From Opitutia bacterium (GTDB lineage Bacteria > Verrucomicrobiota > Verrucomicrobiia > Opitutales > Opitutaceae): DNA of 64,000 nucleotides. Location of the stretch: positions 49,285-113,284 of the forward strand of contig CANJVR010000008.1 in the NCBI GenBank assembly GCA_947478395.1, in the 5' to 3' direction. Both the position numbers and the translations under genes were made by a program. Of the stretch, positions 29,176-38,345 are shown one piece after another (within the stretch, counting starts at the first letter, position 1; each line of letters begins with the position of its first letter). The notes beneath the pieces were generated by a model. It ran no database searches, was not told the DNA's origin, and was given only the letters and a program-made list of their open reading frames with translations.

Positions 29176-30026
29176 GGTTGCCGGGGGACGATTTGAGGTG
29201 GGGGCGTCGACACGGGATGCCGGCTGGCGTCGACCGCGCTGAGTGAAAGCATGGCGGCGGCAAATAGCGTGAGCCCCGTCCACGCAAACCGTTTGGCCAG
29301 TAGTTGTCCGCGCCAGCGCAGGATGAACGCGATCAGCGACGCGAGCCAGACCGCGATCGTGAGCAGAAGTTTTGCGGGGTCGACGCTGCCGGGTTCACGC
29401 AGCCAGTACACCGAGCCCATGACGAGTGATGCCGCCAGTAAGAAGACCGCGGTGGCGAGCAGGCGCACGCCGATGTGGTCCAGATCGACCATCGACGGCA
29501 GCACGGCGAAGAACCCTCCGAGATGTTTCGATTTCAGCGAGAAATTCCGAAGCAGCAGCATGAGCGACGTGAGCGCGAGCAGCGCCAGCACGCCGTAGCT
29601 GAACAGCGCGAGTGCCGCGTGAAGTTCGATCCAGGGATTGTCGCCGAAAATTTTTGCCCGGTGTTCGGCGTCCCACGCCGGAAAGGCCAGAGAGATCAAC
29701 GTGACCGTCGCCGCCAGGCCCGCGGTGAAATATCCGAGCACGCTCGAGCGAAACGCGACGCCGACGACGAGATAAAGCGTGATGGCCGACCACGCGGTGA
29801 ACTGATAAATTTCAAAGGCGTTCCCGAGCGGGCAGCCGCCCACGGCCTGCCCGCGCAAACCGAGCCCGACCAGTTGCAGCAGGTATCCGATGGCCGTCAG
29901 CGTGTAGACCGCCGCACCGGAAGGCCGGCCGCGTCGCCAGAGCGACCACGTTCCCAGCAGAAACCCCCCGAGATAGAAGGCGGCGGCGAGCCAAAGCCAT
30001 TGGCGATCGGTGATGGCGGCAAACAT
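29172..30026 (-). CDS. Cytochrome c assembly (CcsA/HemX-like) membrane protein
   Basis: About 8 TM segments; CPLGNAFE; WIELHAALALFSY; DPAK; ATGA overlap with hemA. Confidence 0.8.
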   Translation of the reverse strand: MFAAITDRQWLWLAAAFYLGGFLLGTWSLWRRGRPSGAAVYTLTAIGYLLQLVGLGLRGQAVGGCPLGNAFEIYQFTAWSAITLYLVVGVAFRSSVLGYFTAGLAATVTLISLAFPAWDAEHRAKIFGDNPWIELHAALALFSYGVLALLALTSLMLLLRNFSLKSKHLGGFFAVLPSMVDLDHIGVRLLATAVFLLAASLVMGSVYWLREPGSVDPAKLLLTIAVWLASLIAFILRWRGQLLAKRFAWTGLTLFAAAMLSLSAVDASRHPVSTPPPQIVPRQP

Positions 30027-30224
30027 GGAAGGGGAACGCTACCTTCGCCGGCGGATGGAGCAAGTCCAAGGCAGTTCGGCCACAAAAAGGTTCAAGGTTT
30101 GGCTAGAGCAGCGAAAAGGCCTTCCCTAGCGCCTATTGGGGCTCGGGAAAATCGGCCGACGTCCTGGAAAATTTTGGTGCCTTTTCGTGACCAAAAACTC
30201 CGAGGCTTTAACTTTGTGCCGTCG

Positions 30225-30716
30225 CTATTTTCCCGGCGCCCATTTGACGAGGAAGGCATTTACCTTCGCGGCGCTGTGGCCTTCGCCGTCTTCAAGTACG
30301 CCCGATTCCTGGGTGGTGAGCTGCTGGCCTGCGGCGTTGAGCACCACGAACACCGGGAGACCTTCCTGCAACGGATTGCCGTAGCGGAGATTCACGTCGT
30401 AGTTGCGCTTTTCGCCGTGGCGCCAGTTGGAATCGATGAGGACCAGTACGTAATTTTCTCGGAGGTTTTTGGCGACGCTGACATCGGTCTCCATGGTGTG
30501 ATGCAGCCGGTGGCACCAGACACACCAGTTGGCTCCGAACATGAGTAGCACATTTTTGTGACTGGTCTTGGCGGTGGCGAGTGCAGCCGCGATCTGGGCG
30601 TTGCCGTCGGATTTCGGGTCGTAGATATCCGACCCTAGCGCGGGGTATTCGGGCGCGGCCCGGACGATCGAGGACGCAGCCAATGCGAGCAACAGCAAGA
30701 GGGGTAGCCTTTTCAT
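30225..30716 (-). CDS. Exported thioredoxin-fold protein
   Basis: Signal peptide; FGANWCVWC; GLPVFVVL cis-Pro loop. Confidence 0.88.
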   Translation of the reverse strand: MKRLPLLLLLALAASSIVRAAPEYPALGSDIYDPKSDGNAQIAAALATAKTSHKNVLLMFGANWCVWCHRLHHTMETDVSVAKNLRENYVLVLIDSNWRHGEKRNYDVNLRYGNPLQEGLPVFVVLNAAGQQLTTQESGVLEDGEGHSAAKVNAFLVKWAPGK

Positions 30717-30756
30717 CAAACGTCGGAACTAACGCGAACGTCCGGATGGACAAAAG

Positions 30757-31560
30757 CTAATTTCGACGGGCGACCCAGAAACGGCATTCGTCGGAGAAAT
30801 CGCGCACCGCCGCCGACTCCCTGGCGATCTCGCGGCGCATCGCGTCGAAGACGGGAGTCCAGCCGGTGGCGACGAGGTCGGCGAGAATTTCGGCGCGATC
30901 GGGCAGGTGCATAAACGTACGCCCGGTACCGGCCTCTTCGAAGTAGCGGTCGCCGAATTCGTGGAGACGTGAGTCCTGTTCACCGCGTTCCCAGCGACCA
31001 GCTTCCAGCCGCCAGAGCGCGCGTTCCGTCGGCGAGCCGTCGCGGTCGTGCGTGGTGAATAGAAAGGGCGCGTCCGGGCGACAAACGCGGTGCAACATCC
31101 GGAGTGCCGCCCGACGTTTCGCCCGACGTGGAATCTGCATGAGCCCGTTGAAGAGAAAAAACGCCCCCGCAAACGGCGCCGGCCTCCGTGCTTTGTAGCC
31201 TAGTAGGGTACTCGTTGCAGCCGCGGTCGCGTCGGCGTGGACAAATTTTATCGCGGAGGCGCCGCGATCATTCGCGAGTTGACGGGCCTGATTGAGAAGT
31301 TCGCTGGCGAAGTCGAAGGCGGTGAGCGCGCGATAGCCTTGATCCCACAGGCCGATCGTGGCGCGACCGGCCCCGCATCCGGCTTCGAGCAGCGGCCCGG
31401 ATTTGTCCGGGAAGAAGCGCTGGATCAGGGCGAGTTCTGATGCCCACAGCCCTAGAAAATGCGCGGCGCGCGCGTAGTGGACCACGGCGAGCGGGTCGTT
31501 GAAGTCGGCGCGAACCGTAGCGGTAGAAATTTTTCTCGGCACGGACGGAATGGGCCTCAC
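30757..31560 (-). CDS. Class I SAM-dependent methyltransferase
   Basis: LEAGCGAGR motif I; AFDF; FVHADA. Confidence 0.85.
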   Translation of the reverse strand: MRPIPSVPRKISTATVRADFNDPLAVVHYARAAHFLGLWASELALIQRFFPDKSGPLLEAGCGAGRATIGLWDQGYRALTAFDFASELLNQARQLANDRGASAIKFVHADATAAATSTLLGYKARRPAPFAGAFFLFNGLMQIPRRAKRRAALRMLHRVCRPDAPFLFTTHDRDGSPTERALWRLEAGRWERGEQDSRLHEFGDRYFEEAGTGRTFMHLPDRAEILADLVATGWTPVFDAMRREIARESAAVRDFSDECRFWVARRN

Positions 31561-31589
31561 GCCACGATCGCGACGTGTGGGCTGATCGA

Positions 31590-31667
31590 TGTGGGCGGGG
31601 TGCCCTCACCCCGCAGAATGTCGCTCAACCCGCGGCGTCCAAGCGGGGTGAGGGCCCCCCGCCCATA
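31590..31667. repeat. REP-like doublet (family 2), inverted
   Basis: GTGGGCGGGGTGCCCTCACCCCGC ... GCGGGGTGAGGGCCCCCCGCCCAT. Confidence 0.7.
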
Positions 31668-31824
31668 GCTGTCGGCTACCGCTCCGACGAAAGCGGCGCG
31701 TTCGTTTCGGGTTTCAGAATGACGAGCAGAAAACATTTTTAGACGCCCGAACTTCGACGATGCTTTGCCGCCACTCTCTGAGAGAATTGAACTCGTTGTC
31801 TCGTTCGCCCTTCGCCCGACGAAC

Positions 31825-33063
31825 TCATTTTTTCCGGCGCCAGGCGGCGATGAACATCCCGTTGGCGTTCCAATCCTGCGGCCAGATGAAGACGCGGCTC
31901 GCATCCGCGGAGGAGGCGGGCGCGATGGGTAGCGGATGCGGCTCGAATTCGGGATGCGCGGCGCTGAACGCGTCCGCGACGGCCGTGGTTTCGCTGCGGG
32001 TGAGCGTGCACACCGCGTAGATCAGCCGGCCATTAGGTTTCAGGGAGCCAGCAATATGGTTGAGCAGGGCCAGTTGCGTGGCGGCCAATTCCCGTACGTC
32101 GTCGGGTGTCGTACTCCAGCGGGCGTGCGGGTTCCGCTGCCAGGTGCCGACGCCGCTGCACGGGGCGTCAAGGAGGATGCCGTCGAATTTGGTTTTGGTC
32201 GGAAGTCGAGCGGACCCATCCCAGAGCGCGGTGCGGTAATTGAAAAGTTTCGCGCGGGCCGCCCGGCGTTTGAGCGTGTCGAGCCGCTTGTCGTTGCGAT
32301 CCGTGGCCCAGATGAGGCCCTTGTTCATCATCAGGTCGGCGAGATGAAGCGTCTTGCCGCCTTCGCCGGCGCAGGCGTCCCACCAGGTTTCCCCCGGCAG
32401 CGGAGCGGCAGCGCGGCCGACGAGTTGCGAACCAAGGTCCTGAATTTCGAATTCACCGGTTTTGAATTGTTCGGTTTTGAAAAGATCCTGTGTGCCGGTG
32501 AAACGGAGAGCGTCGGGAACGGCGAACGACGCTCCGCCGATTTGCGGGTCCTGAGTTTCGGGTTTCGAGTTTTTGGCTGGCGACGGAGTTGTGCCTGTTC
32601 CCTGCCCGGAACCCGGAACCTTGGACTGGGCGCTGCCGCTCGGCTCGCACGCGAAGAGCGATTTAGCGAGGCCCGCGGCCTTTCCCGGTCGGGCGCGAAT
32701 CCAAAGCGCCGGATCGCGTTGGAGCTGGCGCAGGTAATCAGCAGTCAGAGTCATCTCGCTCGCCAGCCAGGCGGGCACGGCGAGGGCAGCCAGGGCCTCG
32801 GGCTTGATGGTTTTGGGGTCGGCGGTGAAACGTTGGTGGAGGACGAGGGCGTGATCGAGCCGCTGCTGCGGCGGAGCTTTGGGATCGAGCCAGGAAAACC
32901 AGCGGAAATAAACGAAGACGGCGTGACTGATCGCGCGGCGTGCCAGCGGCTGGAGGTAGCGATGCGCTTCGAAATAAAAACGCAGGGCGGTGTCGGCGCG
33001 CTGGTCGACTGAAATGGTTTTGAGCACGCTGGCGGCGTGATTGAGCGTGGCTTGGTCGGGCAT
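31825..33063 (-). CDS. RsmB/NOP family RNA m5C methyltransferase
   Basis: EIQD; DACAGEGGKT; DAPCSGVG; YAVCT (both catalytic Cys); contains a repeat-derived insertion. Confidence 0.9.
   Translation of the reverse strand: MPDQATLNHAASVLKTISVDQRADTALRFYFEAHRYLQPLARRAISHAVFVYFRWFSWLDPKAPPQQRLDHALVLHQRFTADPKTIKPEALAALAVPAWLASEMTLTADYLRQLQRDPALWIRARPGKAAGLAKSLFACEPSGSAQSKVPGSGQGTGTTPSPAKNSKPETQDPQIGGASFAVPDALRFTGTQDLFKTEQFKTGEFEIQDLGSQLVGRAAAPLPGETWWDACAGEGGKTLHLADLMMNKGLIWATDRNDKRLDTLKRRAARAKLFNYRTALWDGSARLPTKTKFDGILLDAPCSGVGTWQRNPHARWSTTPDDVRELAATQLALLNHIAGSLKPNGRLIYAVCTLTRSETTAVADAFSAAHPEFEPHPLPIAPASSADASRVFIWPQDWNANGMFIAAWRRKK
32551..32627. repeat. Heptamer inverted-repeat element inserted in frame in the RsmB-family gene
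   Basis: CTGAGTT-TCGGGTT-TCGAGTT faces CCCGGAA-CCCGGAA-CC; encodes the SKVPGSG...NSKPETQ segment. Confidence 0.65.
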
Positions 33064-33185
33064 GAAGCGAAAAGCATCGCGACCTCCGCTCGCGCGGCAA
33101 ACGCGAATCTTCCGCCCGGGTGCATTTGAGCGTGTGCCCCCTTACATGCCGAGCACGTTTCGCGGATCGCTTTCGCGGTCATCGG

Positions 33186-33210
33186 ACATGTCACTTATTA
33201 AGTGACATGT
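33186..33210. promoter_or_regulatory. 25-bp palindrome ACATGTCACTTA-T-TAAGTGACATGT
   Basis: 21-bp core identical to 492-512. Confidence 0.6.
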
Positions 33211-33304
33211 TGGCTTCGGGTGAACGGGCGAGTGGGGCGGTGAGCCCCCGCCGGTGCCCGTAGGGTTCCACGGCCCGGTTTCACCCGTTCACGTGCAGTG
33301 GGGA

Positions 33305-33325
33305 ATGTCACTTAATAGGTGACAT
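33305..33325. promoter_or_regulatory. Palindrome variant ATGTCACTTAATAGGTGACAT
   Basis: One arm mismatch relative to the 21-bp core; about 55 nt upstream of TTGACA (33380-33385). Confidence 0.55.
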
Positions 33326-33416
33326 GTGAGTTTGAGGCGGAGGCGGGGAGTGGAGTGGTTCCCGTGGACGTGCTCGTCTTTGACAAAGTGCGTGCAGCTA
33401 AAAGAGTACGCGTGAA

Positions 33417-35534
33417 ATGCACGGCGGCGAACAGTCGACTCACGATGGAATTGTCTCCGGCGCCAGACGGGCGCTGGTCGAAGCGCTGGGTTTGGACGAT
33501 TCCGCCTTCGCCGCGCGTTTCGTGGCCGAACCGATCGGGCCGCGGGTCCGGGCGGGCGCGGTGCGCGCGAGTCTGGCGCGCTTTGCCGTCGAGGAATTGA
33601 GCGCGATGAACGCCGCCCTGCGCTTTGGCGGCTACAACGAAGCGAATGACGAAGTGACCGTGCATCTGCCGGCGACCATCGAAGCCCGGGGCGATCTGCG
33701 CCTGCCCGTGCTATGGGCGCTGACCTTGAAACTCGAGCCGTTCGTGCACGACATCGTGCAGCGCCGGCCGGGTGCCGTGGCCGCGGATTTACTCGCGCGG
33801 GAGCGTCGTGGCGTGGCGGAAATTTCCCGCCGTTTGCAAACGACGCCGCCCAATTTCGAAGCCTGGCCTCGCCTTGCAGCGGTGGATGTCGCGCGGGCTT
33901 TCGATCGCCAGCCGCCGCTTTGCTCCGATCGCAAGGAACTCTTCCAACGCATCAAACTCGCGTGCAGTTACGCGGCCGAACGCACGGTGCTCGACGAACT
34001 CGCCCGGCGAAATCCCGGTTTCCTCGATTACCTGCAATGTTTTCCCGTCGCGCGCTCAATGCAGCGAAAAGTCGTCGCGTGGCTCGGGCCCACCAATTCC
34101 GGCAAGACGCATCAGGCGGTCATCGCCTTGAGCCGGGCAAAGAGCGGCATGTACCTCGGGCCGCTGCGCTTGCTCGCGTTGGAGCAACGCGACCGGTTGG
34201 TGGAATTGGGCTGTCCGTGTTCGCTGATCACCGGCGAGGAACGTGATGAAACTTCGCCGACCCATTCGTCGCGCACGGTGGAGATGACGGATTTTTCGGA
34301 GCAGCGCGAAGTTGTTGTGCTGGACGAGATGCAACTCGCGTTCGATCGGGACCGGGGCTGGGCGTGGGTGGCGGCGTATTGCGGCGCGGCGGCGGAGACC
34401 TTGATCGTGACCGGTCCGAATTCGGCGGAGTCGGTGATCCGGCGTCTGGCGGAGGTCTGCGGCGATGCGGTGGAGGTAAACTACCTCGCACGGCAAGGCA
34501 CCCTCGACTACGAAGGCGTGCTCGACTGGCAACACGTGCCGCGACGTTCTGCGGTGATCGGATTTTCGCGGGCGATGGTACTCGAGCTGAAAGCGATGTT
34601 CGAGGCGATGGGGCTGCGGGTATCGGTGATTTACGGCGGACTTTCGCCGGAGGTGCGTCGCAGCGAGGCGCGACGTTTTCGCCAGGGCGAGACCGACATC
34701 GTGTGCGCGACGGATGCGATCGGTCTCGGTCTGAATCTCCCTCTGGACCGGGTGATTTTCTACGAGGTGGATAAATACGACGGCGAGGTGCACCGGGCGC
34801 TGACTCCCGGCGAACTCATGCAGATCGCCGGGCGCGCGGGGCGCGGTCCGGGCGCGGCGGGATTGGTCGCGGGATTCTCGATCCGCGATGGCCGCCGGGT
34901 CGCCAGCGCCCTCGCCCAACTACAACGGACGCCCGCGCTCGACTTGCTGCCGGCGGCGCCGACCGCGATGCACATTCGGGCAATCGCGGATCACTTGGGC
35001 GTCGAGCGCCTCACGGCGATCCTTGAGTTTTTTCGCACCCGGCTCGCCTTTCCCGGCGGCACGTTTTTCCCGGAGGTGCGGGAAAATGTTTTCGAGGCGG
35101 CGGGATTGGTCGATAGCACCGCGCCGAGTTTGCCGGTGGAAAAGCGCTATGCACTGGCGTGTGCGCCCGTGGATTTGGAAGACCACTTTTTCCGTAGTCC
35201 GTTCACGGATTGGCTGGAGCTCCTCGACGCGGGAAAGAAGGTCGGCTTTCCGCGTCGGCTGGAGGCGGACGACGGGCTTGCGGGCGTGGAGCAGACGCTG
35301 AAGTTGATTACGGTTTATCGCTGGCTCGCGTTAAAATTTCCCGTGGCGTTCAACGACCTCGAGTATGTCGCGGAACTGCGTCACGAGGCGACCGAGCGGG
35401 CGCAGATGATTTTGCGGAGCAACTGGGCGAAGCACGGGTTGTCGCGCAAGGAGTGCGCGCGGTGCAGTCGCGCCCTCCTGCCGAGTTCGCCTTACCGCAT
35501 GTGCCGCGAATGCAACGCGGACGGTTTTACGTGA
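33417..35534 (+). CDS. Suv3-like SF2 helicase with C-terminal CxxC-CxxC
   Basis: GPTNSGKT; DEMQ...RGWAW; YGGLSPEVR; ATDAIGLGLNL; QIAGRAGR; CARC...CREC. Confidence 0.9.
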   Translation: MHGGEQSTHDGIVSGARRALVEALGLDDSAFAARFVAEPIGPRVRAGAVRASLARFAVEELSAMNAALRFGGYNEANDEVTVHLPATIEARGDLRLPVLWALTLKLEPFVHDIVQRRPGAVAADLLARERRGVAEISRRLQTTPPNFEAWPRLAAVDVARAFDRQPPLCSDRKELFQRIKLACSYAAERTVLDELARRNPGFLDYLQCFPVARSMQRKVVAWLGPTNSGKTHQAVIALSRAKSGMYLGPLRLLALEQRDRLVELGCPCSLITGEERDETSPTHSSRTVEMTDFSEQREVVVLDEMQLAFDRDRGWAWVAAYCGAAAETLIVTGPNSAESVIRRLAEVCGDAVEVNYLARQGTLDYEGVLDWQHVPRRSAVIGFSRAMVLELKAMFEAMGLRVSVIYGGLSPEVRRSEARRFRQGETDIVCATDAIGLGLNLPLDRVIFYEVDKYDGEVHRALTPGELMQIAGRAGRGPGAAGLVAGFSIRDGRRVASALAQLQRTPALDLLPAAPTAMHIRAIADHLGVERLTAILEFFRTRLAFPGGTFFPEVRENVFEAAGLVDSTAPSLPVEKRYALACAPVDLEDHFFRSPFTDWLELLDAGKKVGFPRRLEADDGLAGVEQTLKLITVYRWLALKFPVAFNDLEYVAELRHEATERAQMILRSNWAKHGLSRKECARCSRALLPSSPYRMCRECNADGFT

Positions 35535-35560
35535 GGGGCGGAGCGCTGCCGACGTCGGAT

Positions 35561-35682
35561 CTAGAGCGCTTAAGTTTTCCCGGGGCCGTATTGCGTACCG
35601 GCCGGCGGCTCTGCCCGCCGGGTTTGGGCTCCTGGTTTCGGCAGACAGGGACGCCGGCCGCTACGTTGATGGTGGCTACGCC
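35561..35682. repeat. MITE/REP-like element, copy D
   Basis: CTAGAGCGCTTAAGTTTTCCCGGGGCCG ... CAGGGACGCCGGCCGCTACG ... GGCTACGC. Confidence 0.75.
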
Positions 35683-35701
35683 GCCGTACCTGCGAATCGG
35701 A

Positions 35702-36100
35702 TCACTTCTTCTCCACCACGCGCTTGGCGACGATATCGTATTCGGCGAACTCGCCGACCTTACGGTGCAGCTTGATCTCGTCGCCGACGATCTTGCCTTT
35801 GTATTCCACGGCAATGTCCATGTCCTGAATTTTTAACGTCTCGGTGAACGACACTTCGTCCTTCACGAGTTTGCCGTTCTTGATCGCGGATACGGATTTC
35901 TGACCATCGCGTTCGCTCGTGGCTTGGCCGGTGACTTTTTCGCCATCGGCTTTGAATTCAAAAACGTACTTTTGCTGACCGACCTGACTTTCGAATTCGG
36001 CGTTCCATTTGCCGTTGATTCCGGCGTCGGCCGCGCGCGCGACGAGACCGAGGGCCAGCGAGAGAAGGACGGTGGAGAGCAATTTGAGGGAGGCTTTCAT
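35702..36100 (-). CDS. Secreted hypothetical all-beta protein
   Basis: Signal peptide MKASLKLL...ARA; INGKW and alternating beta-strand pattern. Confidence 0.8.
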   Translation of the reverse strand: MKASLKLLSTVLLSLALGLVARAADAGINGKWNAEFESQVGQQKYVFEFKADGEKVTGQATSERDGQKSVSAIKNGKLVKDEVSFTETLKIQDMDIAVEYKGKIVGDEIKLHRKVGEFAEYDIVAKRVVEKK

Positions 36101-36300
36101 GGCGGGATTGGTTGGGGGAGGGTAAACGACGGCAAAACGGCAACCCGTCGGGCGGCCGAAGGCGAGCCGATATCTGGTGGGGGAGGGCAGGTGCGGCGCG
36201 TTAGCCTTAACGCGCCCGATCAACGCGGCATTTTTGGTGAGCCCGGGTGGCGGCGGCGGATTTCGGATAATCCGTCCGGCCTTCGCGTCGTGCTTGGCGA

Positions 36301-37638
36301 TTGCCTCTTGCCACGCCCACGCGCGCACCGGCATTTTCGGATTTCGTCTCGCCCGTGGAAACCTACCCCGATCCTGTTGTGCGTTCCGAACCCACGCGCG
36401 TGCGCCATGGCGTCGTCGCGCTGATGGTTTCGCTGGCGATGGTCACGTACCTCGACCGCGCGTGCATCGGAACTTTGGCGCCGCAGATCATGGCTGATCT
36501 CAAGCTGAGCAAAGAGCAGATGAGCTGGGTCTATAGTGCCTTTGCGCTGGCGTACGCGATTTTCGAAATCCCGACGGCGTGGTGGGCCGACCGGCTGGGT
36601 ACGCGGCGCGTGCTTGCGCGCATCGTGCTGTGGTGGTCGGCGTTCACGATGGCGACTGCGGCGGCGGGTGGATACGCGTCGCTGCTGGTGACGCGGTTTT
36701 TGTTCGGGGCGGGCGAGGCGGGTGCCTGGCCATGCGTGGCGCGCACGTTTTCGCGGTGGATACCGCTGGCGCAACGCGGACGCGTGCAGGGAATTTTTTT
36801 CGGCGGGGCGCATTTCGCGGCGGGCCTGACGCCCATGATCGCCCTGGCCTTGAGCGGTATGTTCGGCTGGCGCGTGGTGTTTATTGCGTTTGGCTGCGTC
36901 GGCGTGGTGTGGGCGCTCGTGTGGCACCGGCTGTTTCGGGATGATCCGTCGTTGCATCCCGGGGTAAACGCAGCGGAGGCGGCTCTGATCGCGGCGGGTC
37001 GTACGACCGGCGAAGCGGCGCACGAAGGCTGGCCGTACTGGCGGCGGCTGCTTGGACATCGCAACACCCTCCCGCTTTGCCTCGGGTATATTCCCAATAG
37101 CTGCGCATTTTATTTCTGTATCACCTGGCTGCCGACTTATCTGAAGGAGAAACACGGCTTCGCGTCGCTCTCGCTCGGGTTTTTCACCGGGCTGCCGTTG
37201 ATCGTCGCGGTCGCGGGCGATTTGCTCGGCGGGACGGCGACGGATTGGGCTGCGCGGCGTTTTGGGCTGCGCTTCGGGCGGGCGGGGATGGCGGGGCTGG
37301 GCAATTTGTTCGCCGGGCTCGCGATGATCGCGGCGACGTTCGCGCATAATCCTTACGTCGCCATCGGGCTCATCTCGCTCTCCGTCGGTGCGACGATGTT
37401 CACGCTCGGTGCGACGTGGGGCACGTGTCTCGATATCGGCGGCCGCCATGTGGGTGTGGTGAGTGCGGCGATGAACACGGCCGGGCAGGTGGGCGGGTTT
37501 GTTTCCCCGCTGATTGTGACGTGGCTTTTGCGGGAGTACGGCGATTGGAACGCGCCGGTGCTCGCGATCGGCGGATTGTTTATCGTGGGCGCGCTGTGCT
37601 GGTGTTTTATTGATCCACGCGAACGGGTGTTTGAATGA
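36301..37638 (+). CDS. MFS transporter, anion:cation symporter (glucarate/galactonate-like)
   Basis: [39 protein letters not shown]; start uncertain (TTG 36301 or GTG 36355). Confidence 0.88.
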   Translation: MPLATPTRAPAFSDFVSPVETYPDPVVRSEPTRVRHGVVALMVSLAMVTYLDRACIGTLAPQIMADLKLSKEQMSWVYSAFALAYAIFEIPTAWWADRLGTRRVLARIVLWWSAFTMATAAAGGYASLLVTRFLFGAGEAGAWPCVARTFSRWIPLAQRGRVQGIFFGGAHFAAGLTPMIALALSGMFGWRVVFIAFGCVGVVWALVWHRLFRDDPSLHPGVNAAEAALIAAGRTTGEAAHEGWPYWRRLLGHRNTLPLCLGYIPNSCAFYFCITWLPTYLKEKHGFASLSLGFFTGLPLIVAVAGDLLGGTATDWAARRFGLRFGRAGMAGLGNLFAGLAMIAATFAHNPYVAIGLISLSVGATMFTLGATWGTCLDIGGRHVGVVSAAMNTAGQVGGFVSPLIVTWLLREYGDWNAPVLAIGGLFIVGALCWCFIDPRERVFE

Positions 37639-37640
37639 GC

Positions 37641-37755
37641 GAGAGCGGTTTAACCAAAAGCGTAGCCGGCTAGCGACGTAGCGGCAGGCGCCCCTGCCAG
37701 ACGCAACGAACACGCCGGCCACGACAAAATACGGCCACGGAAAAACCTAAACCGC
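37641..37755. repeat. MITE/REP-like element, copy E
   Basis: GAGAGCGGTTTAACCAAAAGCGTAGCC..GACGTAGCGGCAGGCG ... ACGGCCACGGAAAAACCTAAACCGC. Confidence 0.75.
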
Positions 37756-37852
37756 GGTAAAACTTCCTGAGTTCGGAGTCTCGGGAATCAGATTAGGAAC
37801 GCGGTGACAGAAATTCCTTTCCGTTTTTGTGCGCGGAGATTGTATTGGGACT

Positions 37853-38338
37853 ATGGCGCGCCCCACTCCTGCCCCGATTTCACCAGACGAACTCGTTGCG
37901 CTCGCGATGGCCGTCATGAAGTCCGCGAAATTCCCTGTGCTGGCGACGATCGATGGCGACCAGCCGCGTGCGCGTCCGGTGTCACCCGTGCGGACCGACG
38001 GATTTGTGGTCTACGTCGCGAATCTCCGCATGTATCACAAGACAGCGGAAATCGCGGCCAACGCCCGCGTCGAGCTCTGTTACCTCGACGATAAACACGA
38101 CCAAGTGCGCATTACGGGCGTGGCCGCGGTGCTCACTGATCGCGCGATTTTGCAGTCGATCTGGGATGGGAATCCGCTCCTGCGGCAGTATCTCGGGACG
38201 ATCGAGAATCCCGCTCTGATTGTGTACCGGATCGAGCCGGTGCGGGTGCGCTACATGAAAGAATGGGCGCTGGAATATCACGAAGTGCCGGTGGTGGCTC
38301 GGGTCGGTGGAGCAGCGTTGCCGGCGAATGGGAGCTGA
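37853..38338 (+). CDS. Pyridoxamine 5'-phosphate oxidase-like split-barrel flavin-binding protein
   Basis: LATIDGDQPRARP; KTAEIAANARVELCY; QVRITG. Confidence 0.85.
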   Translation: MARPTPAPISPDELVALAMAVMKSAKFPVLATIDGDQPRARPVSPVRTDGFVVYVANLRMYHKTAEIAANARVELCYLDDKHDQVRITGVAAVLTDRAILQSIWDGNPLLRQYLGTIENPALIVYRIEPVRVRYMKEWALEYHEVPVVARVGGAALPANGS

Positions 38339-38345
38339 TCCGCCC

